Assembly: GCA_965112155.1 (NCBI GenBank)
Contig: OZ218099.1
DNA length: 64,000 nt
Source: Podarcis liolepis
Lineage: Eukaryota
Direction: 5' to 3' (one strand)
The notes beneath the pieces are model-generated. The model ran no database searches. It was not told the DNA's origin and saw only the letters and a list, made by a program, of their open reading frames with translations. The position numbers and the translations under genes were made by a program. Shown one piece after another: positions 1-10,200 of the stretch (position 1 is the stretch's first letter; every line of letters starts with the position of its first letter).

Positions 1-2021
1 GCACTGAAGGCAGCTCTTTCTGGAGAGCAGAAGGACTCTTCCTTCTCCTCTGCAGCTGCATTCAACACTTTCAGCATGCTCAGAAATTTGATGCATTTTC
101 CATCTCTCTGACCAAAGCCAGCGGTGAACTTTGATCTACCCTTGTAACCAAGCCAGGAGATGGAAGAATTCCACTTAACGGTTGTAGGGGTGGTTACTTA
201 TTTTTCTTCTTCTTCTGTTCGATTGTTCTCTGAAAACATCAGCACAGCACAGGACAGGACAGGACAGTCCTACCCACCCTAAATGTGTCGCTATGTACAT
301 TCTACAGTAAGCTCTATAGCAATCACATGTAAACATCATTGTGGTGAGGAAATACTAGGACAGAAAAAGGCAGAGCTACAATGAGGCACTTGTCAACAGC
401 AGATGCTTTGTCTGGGCCAGATTTTGCTCTGGGCTGATCATGAGAGGATCTTGCAATCCATCAGTAAGTTCTCAAATGGAGCTGGTGCAAGCAACATTGA
501 AGCAGACAATATCGTGAGGTTTATTATTATTATTTTTGGCCAACAACACGTGAAATTGTGACATCAGTTACTATATAAAATAAGCACTGTTGTTATTAAA
601 GCTCCACATTAAAAGACAGAAACGATCACATAATTAGAATGGGATAACACATGAGCTGACGCCTTGACCTCATTCATGGTGTTTCTGATGCGTGTGGTCC
701 TTACTGGGTCAATGGAATTACTCAAGACAGGCAAGCATAAGTTAGACCTAAGCCAGGCAGTTGCCAAGGTCTTTGGCAATTTGTACCTTTTGATTCAGAT
801 TAAATACCTGCTGGCCGAATTAAGGTTGTTGCATTCTGTACACATGGGGTGGCTAAATGCCAGAGATCCTTTGTGAAAAATAAACCAAAGACATGGTGGC
901 TAATGAAGGTATTAGCAAGGTTATTTGGTCCCCACTCGAAAATGCTATCTCTTGATGCACCTGCTGGTTTCTTGGTCTGCCTCTCATGTCCCTGGACATT
1001 GCTTCCAAGTATAGCACGAGAACAGCCATACTGCATGAGGCATTAGCACAGTATATTGTGGCAAGTCCGAGCTATGTTTGAGTGAAACAACTGTGGAAGT
1101 TAGATAGCGACTCCTTCCCACTACTCGGTCTTCTGAGCTAGAGGCTTCTACACTGTCTCTGTCCCAGCACCCCGGTTCGTATCAAAGAGCCCCTAAACTA
1201 GTTGCTTAAATCACTCTAAGACTTCCTTTGTAATGACTCCTCAAACTTCTGAATATGAGAGAAGCCAGGGAAGAAATAAAGGAGGGCACAAGATCGCCGC
1301 CAAGAGGAAGTCAAAAGGAACATCAAATAGGCAGTGACATCCATGCCTTTCTTGACAGGGAGCAGGAGAAAGAGAGAGAGGGGAAGTCGCTTCACAAGGC
1401 TTCATAGCAATGACACTATGTTTTATGGCTTATTCCACTCATAAGGAGAGTAGTGTTCAAAATGGAGCAGGGACTGCTGATGAGCCATGTGCTATGTGCC
1501 AGCTGTAAGCACTGTGAACTCACTCAGCCCAAGGTGTGAGAATTCCTTTGAACTTTTTTTCTGTTGGGTGTTGCCCACCAGGCAGGAGATTTTGCTTTGG
1601 TTAGATGACCAGATGGGTAAAAAACTATTCCTGAGGCTACTGGTGATGTCATGTATGGCCTTAAATGAATTGCTCCACGTTCCTCTACCTCAAACTCCCA
1701 CATGGACCTGGCGAAACTGCAGCTGCTATCATTAGATGGTAGATGTAATGCAAAGAAACCTCTGGGCATAATTGTTCTGGGATTGGCTCTCAGACTTTCT
1801 CAGTCTTGCTGTAGACTTGTGCTCCTGCACTACTGGTCACGATGACTATACAGAGCTTTCAAGTTTAAAGACAGAACGCCTCTTGAGTAACAGTTGCTGG
1901 AGAGCAAACAAAAGGACTACTGCCTTCATACATTGCTGGAGAGCATCAAAAGGAGAGGACTATTACCTTTTAGGAATCTAGTCGCCCATGGCACAAAACA
2001 GAATGCTTGACTAGATAGGCA

Positions 2022-2125
2022 TTTGTTCTGATCCAGAGGAGTTTTTCTTTGTTCTGATCCAGAGGAGTTTTTCTTTGTTCTGATCCAGAGGAGCTTTTCT
2101 TTGTTCTGATCCAGGGGAGCTTTTC
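2022..2125. repeat. Minisatellite, 4 x 26 bp (TTTGTTCTGATCCAGAGGAGTTTTTC)
   Basis: Four head-to-tail units with 0-2 substitutions each and no spacers. Confidence 0.95.
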
Positions 2126-2821
2126 TTACGTACCATTTCCCTGGCAGGTGGGGCTTCACTACCTTGTGACCACTGCCAATCCATCATAGACAGCGGGAAA
2201 ACACACACTCTCCCCTTGTACCTTTTTCTTCCCTCCCCTTCCTCAAAAATGCACCATTCCTATCCACCCAGAGCCAGCTCTGGACTGAGGAATCACAATG
2301 TGCCTTGTGCCATCAACAGACAGGGCAGTGGTGATCCCAGAATTCAGCCCAAACGAAACGGAACAAATGGCTTATATAGCAAGAGCACAACATCAGTCGG
2401 TCACCCCTTGGTTCGCCATGGACAGGGCTGAAGCCAATTTCAACTGAGTGGCCAATTGGAGGGCACCCTTTGGGGAGGGCCACATCTGCTGACAGGCAAG
2501 TGCCTCATTACAGTGCATAGTTAAAAATCAAGGAAGCGGTACAATAAATCTGAATTACAGTACATCTGAGCCATAAATACATTATAAGTATATATTTCTT
2601 TCTTCTATTAAAAATTAGTTTACAATCCTGATTCTATTCACAATTAACAATTTCATCATCACACACTACAGACAAAAAAAAAGTTATGGTGAACACAGCT
2701 GCAAATCCACGGCGGAAGTGGGGTAACGGTGGGGCAGAGAAAGGGGCCGGACAAGAAGGGGACAGGAGGCTTTTGCAGGCTCATCCTAACACAACCAGTC
2801 AGAAGCAAAGATACTAATGTG

Positions 2822-2994
2822 TGGCAGTGGAACATCAACACCATGGGGACTCACAGACAGAAGCAGCTTGTTCAATGTAAACATCGATTTAAAGGGACAG
2901 CAGTCTCTCTCTCTCTCTCTCTCTCGTTGTATACTTAATCATTTCTTTGAAAACGTAAACATATTGGAAGTGCCTTGACTGAGGTATTGAGGTA
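2822..2994 (-). promoter_or_regulatory. Proximal 3'UTR miRNA seed-match cluster (2x let-7, 2x miR-30, 1x miR-34)
   Basis: On the mRNA strand: TACCTCA at 2988-2994 and 2980-2986, TGTTTAC at 2955-2961, TGTTTACA at 2876-2883, CACTGCCA at 2822-2829. Confidence 0.6.
2904..2925. repeat. (TC)n microsatellite
   Basis: Read directly from the sequence. Confidence 0.9.
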
Positions 2995-3014
2995 TTCCTC
3001 AAAGGTTAAGGCTG

Positions 3015-3118
3015 TTACCGATGTAGGCTTTCCTGGGCCTCCTGCAGCAGGCTGTCGAAATCCATGGTCTCATATTTGCTTTTTATCAGAGCTGGGGAGG
3101 ACTCTTCTGTGTTGGAAT
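3015..3118 (-). CDS. PPARGC1B: PPARGC1B exon 12 coding part [34 protein letters not shown]
   Basis: Acceptor CACCAG|; TAA at 3015-3017; PGC-1 C-terminal DFDSLL motif. Confidence 0.96.
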
Positions 3119-6100
3119 CTGGTGCCACGAGAGAAGAAGTACACATGTTGGTCAAAGGAAAAAGCAAAACCTGTTAAGCACCCCCCAAAAGAGGCAGAGA
3201 AGAGCCATACTATGCATTCTCTCTCTCTTGGTTTTTTTTTTTAATACTAGCATTCCTCAGATATTTGGTGTGGAGGAATTACGTAATTACTACACAACAT
3301 GAACTAAGGAGGAAGGAGAATTCCCTTTGGCCCACATTTTTAAGTGGGTTAGTCAAATACACACCTTCTGGACTAATAATGTGGACTGTAGTTCAATTAT
3401 CCTTCAGGTTACAATTCCCAGCTCAGCAAAACACCAAAATGTGTGGTTTTTTTTTAAAAAAAATACTTTTCAAAAATACTTTTTAAAATACAAGTGAGGA
3501 ATAGGAAATTCGATTCCTGATTTATTCCTGCTGATTGTGTTTTGCAATTCATTTTTGTGCTGCTGAAACTTTTGTTTTTGTCGCTGTTTATTTATTGTGT
3601 TCTTTTTAGAAAAATAGTATTTTTTTAAAAAAGTAAAACGCCATACAAGGTTCAGCTTCATAGCATATATTAAGATAAATAAGAAATACATACACAATAT
3701 ATATTTCAGTATATAATTGTGTTATTGTACAGTCTTTCCTAATCCTAAAATAACACATTGTATAAGGACCTATGATTGCCTGATGAATGCACTCTACCAT
3801 TCCATTAGTCAATGAATAAGCTCCAGTTCTGTTAGGTTTCGGCCTACATTCTTTCATTGTTATATAGCTTGTAAGCTTAGTTATTCCTGCAAATTCAATA
3901 CATTTTTGCCTCCCATTCTCAGTTGGAGCAGGAGCATAATCTCAGGGTCATGGGCAAAAGATTCCTGCATTGCAGGGGGTTGGACAACATGACCCTCACA
4001 GTCCCTTCCCTTCTTTTCCTAGGATTTGAATGTTTTTTCCAATATTTTGAGTAACATTTTACAGTGTCTATAATAATGCAAGACATCAGTTCTCCTAGCT
4101 GGTTTTTGTGTGTTTGTCAATACAAATAAGGTAGGTCCTAAATATTGCGGTACTTTTTATTTTCCCTATTATATTCTTAATCTGGGATGTGTTTGGGGTT
4201 GGTTTGCCTTTTCATACAACCATAAAATACTTTTATTGTATTATATAGCTGCTGTATACTGCTTTGGAGGCCCTTCCAGTAAAATAAAAAGGCCTATAAA
4301 TTGGAATATAAACAACTACAACAAAATAGTGACAAGCCAGAGAAAGTGAGCAAGCTGAAGCTCCATCGAATGTCTGTAATAACTCAAGGTATTCCCCTAT
4401 TAGCTAAAACAAACCATCAATGATAATAAATAGAAGTGAACCTATTGGGCCGTCAATGAGCATTATGTACAAATGATAACAAACACAACGGGAGACAGCA
4501 CAGCAAAGAAATCTTCACCACTGAAACAAGGGATGGAGGAGGACGTGGACCGCTTTGGAGTGACATGGGGGTGGCTTACCCAAGTCGGTGTATCTGGTCC
4601 AGAAGAAGTGCCCAAAGCCACCGTAGCTCAGCTGGAACAAGGGCTCATTTCTTTTCCTTAGCGAGGCACCATTCTTCAAGGATAAGGCGGCATGTTCTGA
4701 ACACCGATACGTGATGAAGCCATATTTATCTCCCCTGAGGAACAAAATGAAGAACTTAAGCATAGGCAACAATTTACTGCCATTTATTTGTGCTACGTTT
4801 TTTGTAAACCTCCAAAAGGACACTGGTCTCATTGAAATGAATGGACATGACTAAGTGAGGTCCAATAGTTTCAACAGATTTACTCTGAGTAAGGCTTAGC
4901 TGAATACCACCCTCTAGTTCTCCTTGCATGCCACACTTTGTAGGTCATTAGAACCCTTGAGTTCAAATATATAGGCCTCCACATTTCTCTTTATTTAGGA
5001 GAAAGGGGGACTCGTTATTTTATAATCAAGCAGATCCCTAGAACAAAAAGGATTTCAGAGGGCAACAGTCCCATGAAATAACACTGGAGAAAGCATTATG
5101 TCTCTTTAAAATCCTGTGAAGAAGCATCTCTTCAGATCACCATTGTACCACAGCAGCAGACACTTTCCCAAAGAACAGACATCTCCAGAGTCGCCCCCAC
5201 AAAAAACACTCTCCAGCTTTCAATCCCCAGATAAGACCGAAGTCCTGCATCTCATGTCTCACAGGATAGACAGGCTAGGTTCCCGGTGCTTAGATCTCCA
5301 AAAGTTCCTGCTGGTTCTAGCAGCGAGGGAGGGGGAAGCATAGCTTTGACCCACCTTTTATTCCTGGTCAAAACGCAACACTCAACAATCTCTCCGAACA
5401 CCTCAAAGCGCTTCTTCAGTTCAGTGGAGCTCATACTGCTGGCAAGGTTTCTGATGTACACTACGCGGCCTTCTCCCTGTTCAGGGATGAGAATAATTGC
5501 TTAGGCCTGTCCTGATACAACTCTTTCTTCTTCTTCCGACTGAACTCTTTCTATCCCCCAACCTGCTTTAACAACAAGGCAGTATGATGTTGTGTAACAA
5601 ATGCACAAATTCTATCTGCTGAAATAGCTCTTTGAGGAGTAGCTGCCTGCTAGCGCTTCACGGCTAGTTTGCCTATCGTGCACCCTTTATCATCTTATTT
5701 TATGTCTCCCTTTCAAAAGTTGCAGCTTTCCCCCATTTCAGCTTCACTACAAAGTTGCCATGGAATCACAATTCCCACTGCTCTCTGTAAGTGCCTGTTG
5801 ATGAATTCGGCACCAAGTTTCTCCTGGGTCAAGAACTGAATCTGTTGCCGGTTATGTTTACTTTATTTCTTTCTAATTCATCATCTTAAACTGGTGTTGG
5901 GCCAGGAGATACTGCAACATATACTGTGCCACTCCTACTTGGAGTGGGAGTCAAACCAAAATTGCTTTGTCCCTAAATTCAGATGAATTCTCAAAAGAGG
6001 GAGTCAACCGATCTGGTTGGAAACCGCACCATTCCCACTTGATTTATTACAGAAGCTCCCACATAGCAAACAGGTCACTTACAATGGCTTTTTCTCTCCT

Positions 6101-7171
6101 CTTCTCCATCTGTCCAACAGTTCCATCTTGACACTGCTTGCCATTTTCGTATCTGTTTGATAAACAAGAAGGCACATGAATTTAGTCCTGAATGGACTCT
6201 GGCTGGTCTGAGCGCTAGAAATCACAAGGAAGTAGAGGCACACTTGTTGCTTGCAAGGACAGGCTCACAGCACAAAGAATGCTGTGTCTGCAACAGCAGG
6301 CTTTCAAAGACAAACGCCAGAATCCAGCATAAAAAGGAGAAACGGCAAGGCAAGGGAAAGGGTGGACAGAAATAAATTTGCAGAGCCTAATATGCTTCAA
6401 AATTATTCTCCATGCTTAGGTACAACCAATTTGAGTCTTTGGCTTCCAATTCTGATGCAAAAGGTCTTAAAACTTATTTCTGCCCACCTGGATGCTTCTT
6501 CCCTCTTTTCCCCCTTCTATCAAGAGTATTTCTTCTGCAAAGGGAAAGACTTGAGACATTCACACAAGGGGCTGGCAATCTAGTGGAGCAAACTGCTAAT
6601 GGAAGGGGGAAGGAGATTGCTTCCTTCAGTCTCTTCTGCTACTGCCTAGGCTGTTCCCGAGGGTTCTCCAACTTTCCAAAACAGATATTCAGGAGATGCA
6701 GAGGAGAACTGGCAAAAATGGCTTCTGCTGCTTCTGTGAGAGGCCCTGTGAGTGAAACTTTGCTCACAGGGATCTCTGGACCCACCCAACCCAGTCTCTT
6801 TCAGAGTAATCTATAAAGCAGCATGAATGTGCACGGCACCTCCTGGAGAAACATAAGCAAAAAGTCAGCACCTGTGGCAGAGGGCCACCTGTAAAGCAGA
6901 AGGTACCTTTGTGAAGGAGCCAGTAAAGACCAGCCAATGCAACCCACTACAATTTTGCTCACTACTGGTCTCCCTGAGCCCTTTCGCCAAAGACCCTGTG
7001 AACTCACAATTGTGCAGGGAAGCCCACCTGCTTGCTGGAGACCTGGACCTGCAGCACGAAGACTCAGAATCGGACCTGCTTCGGGAGCAATAGTGCAAAC
7101 TGGCCCTGGAAAGAGGGTTCTTGTAGGGGCACATCTTGGATTCCAATGGACTTGTGCAGCACTCTTCCTCC

Positions 7172-7206
<35 letters not shown>

Positions 7207-10200
7207 CTCTTCCTCCAGCGGGGAACCAATCTCACTGCAGCTGTCCTCAAAGACCGTGTCATATTCAGGTGTCTTGCAGAAGGCCGCCTCCCCGGCATCG
7301 AGGGCACTGTCCAAGAGGCCAAAGTGTTTTGTCAAGCTGGCCCTGATCTCCTGGTCCCTCAGCTGCTGGCTTCCCTCCTTCACTGAGGTCCCATTGACGC
7401 CCTCCTGACTCTCGTGCTGGTAGTGCACATCAGGGGCTCTCCGCTTGTGTTTGTTTTCCACATGGCTCAGGGGCTCCCAGGATTTCAGCACCTTCCTCTG
7501 GAGCGAGGCCTCGGGCTTCAAGACCTGGCAATAGTCGTGGTCGCCGAAAGAGCGTGAGAAAGGGCGCTTCAGCACCCCATGTGGCTCGGGGTGGGGCAGG
7601 TGGGGGGTGGACCGACTCAGGTGTGCGTACAGCTCTGTCCGCACCGGGTGCTTCTTCTGCTTCTTCCCGGAGGCTGCCCTGTCCCCCATCATTGGCTGTG
7701 GCTCAGAGCTGGTGATGATGGCAGTCTCCTTGGCTGGCCTCTGGTGAATGTCTGGCTTATACAGGTCCTCCTCTGAAGGCTTGTATGGTGGAGTAGTTGG
7801 TGGTGTGAGACCTTATCTCCCCCAAGGAAGCAAAAGGATAAAGGTCTTTCAGTACAGAAGCATGAAAGTTAAAACAAACAAGAAAGCTGCCTTGACAAGG
7901 GGAGTTAGACTTGTTCCCTCATTGTACACCACCACATCTGTTAAGCCAGAGTTTCCCAAACTTGGGTCTCCAGCTGTTGCTGGACTACAACTCCCATCAA
8001 CCCTAGTTAACAGTACAAGTGGTCCAGGATGATGGGAATTATAATCCAAAACCAGCTGGAGACCCAAGTTTGGGAAACCCTGCTTCAAACCCTGCTGCAT
8101 AATTGATTCTGGGCCAGCTGCACTTCTGTTTACAGCTAGCTTCTTGTCTTGGGGAAATGGTAATAGCAGTTCTCAAGGAGTTGGTGAGGGTACAGGCACT
8201 TATGTTAGATAGCTGCCATTTCAGATGAAGGGGGTCCCTTTCCTTCAAGTCAATGGCTTTATGCAGAATTAACATCCTGAAGTCCCTAGCTGACCATGAG
8301 GTCCTTGGCACTGGCCCACCTTCTCTTCACATTTTGCAGGATGTGGCAGACTCTTAAAGCGAATTCCACCCTTACCTGCAGTGCCACACAGCTCTACGGT
8401 CAGAACTTGCTCGAAACTGCGCTTTCCAAATGTTGGTTCTCTAAAGAGGAGGAGAAAAGGAGAGTGTAGAGGTCATGGAAGAGATAAGGTGTATGTTAAA
8501 GATGGAGACATCACAATTCACATACTAAACCAGAAACAAGGAAGCTGTAAAGATAAAGTGACTCTGGCCAAACCTTCAAGGGTCAGTTGCCATGTCGAAC
8601 AGGTTTCTAAATGGCCATGCAACTGGTAAGGACCAGAGAGCAGGGAATAGTTCCAGGTAACTATGCAGTGAAAGTTTTGCAAACTAGAAGGAAACAGCTC
8701 TTCATGAACACCCTTATAGGCTACTACAGTGTCACAAATGACCAGCATATGCTACTAAAAAGTGTATATGGGCTAATACCATTTGTGGACTTATTTGCAC
8801 ACAATTATGTTATATTTTCATCCATACATTAGGGCACAAGGGAGAAACGTGCTAAGAGGAAGGCACGCTTGGCAAACTCACACCATGATCAATTCCCACC
8901 CGGGAACCTATGTCCCCACTGTGGAAGGACATGTGGATCCAGAATTGGCCTCCACAGCCACTTACGGACTCATGGTTAAAACTGTGTTTATGGAAGACAA
9001 TCTTACTCGGCTACGAGTGATGGCCAAAGAAGAAGGGCGGCAAAGTTCTGAGACAGCCATGTGCCAGGTTCCTGACACCTGAGGCTATCTTCCTCCACTA
9101 ATAATATGTATTTTTGGTATTTCACTTACGTTGTTGCCAAGGGCAGCGACAGACACCTTGGTGCTTCTGAAAGAAAAACAAACAGGAAAAAGCAGAATGA
9201 CTCAGTGAGCCACATCCGTGCCTTTGAACTGGACTAGGTTGCTCATGAGAAAGCAGATTAAGACCAAACAAAGCAAGATTGGATCTTCTGAATCTGACAT
9301 CTTTTTTTAAAAAAACACTTAAAAGGCAGCAGGGAGATAATTGTAGTTTTTATGTAGTTTTATGTAGTTTTTCAATTTCATTGTCCTGCATGGGACAGTG
9401 ACAATAAAGATATATCGTATCGTAATTGGATCAGGGTTGCAGGGCTGGGAGAGCAGGGATTAGTCCTACCTGTTTGTGCAGTTTCCCTGATTTAAATCTG
9501 CCCTCCCCACAAGCTGCTATTGGGAAAAAGAGAGAGGCCTGTAATGCCTGCCTTTAACCCCTGCCCTCAATAATCAATAGCAGCCATTGGGGGCGGGGGC
9601 GGGGGCGGGGACGGGGAGAGTTAAATTAGAGAATTGCCACAGGGAAAAGGACTAACACACACACACACCGCCCAATACTGAAGCTCTAATCCAATTCAGG
9701 ACTCTCTACTGTTGTTTTAAGATGTAAAAGGAGAGACACTGAGGGTCTGATCCTGGGTTTCCCACACCACGCCTGGTTTGCTCCTTAGTCACCTGGGTTG
9801 TAAGAAGCTGGAAGCTCAGAGTTCTAGTGTCCTCTGCAGCTCTGACAGTTTAAGAGTCCCTTCACAGAGTGTGTGCAACTTCTAAAGATACTCCCATCAA
9901 ACTTTGCCAGTACAGTCATACCACAGGTTACAGATGCTTCAGGTTGCGTTTTTTCAGGTTATGGACCTGCTGAAACCTGGATACCAGAACGCTGCGGGTT
10001 GTGAACACTGTGGGTTGCGAATGTGCATCCCGCACGGATCACGTTCGCAACCCGAGCGTCCACTGTACTGAATTCCTCTTTTGCCACAACACTGCCACAA
10101 CCCACCCTCTCCGTGCTCGATGAGCTTTTACAGGATATGTTCCCTGTGTTTGACTCAAAGCATGGGCCTTCCCTTACAGGAAGGGACAGAGCTCAACTGA

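Larger units (their letters stand above)
1..3014 (-). other. PPARGC1B: Probable PPARGC1B 3'UTR (distal end uncertain; may continue beyond the window)
   Basis: Follows the stop codon and carries miRNA seed matches and AU-rich blocks. There is one candidate AATAAA on the minus strand at 520-525. Vertebrate PPARGC1B 3'UTRs are long. Confidence 0.65.

Noticed and set aside
2022-2125. CRISPR-like array
   Set aside because: The units are contiguous with no unique spacers, the context is eukaryotic, and there are no cas genes.
6801-7408. Poly-Arg/Leu/Pro/Ser ORFs
   Set aside because: They are other-frame readings of the poly-Glu repeat in exon 8.
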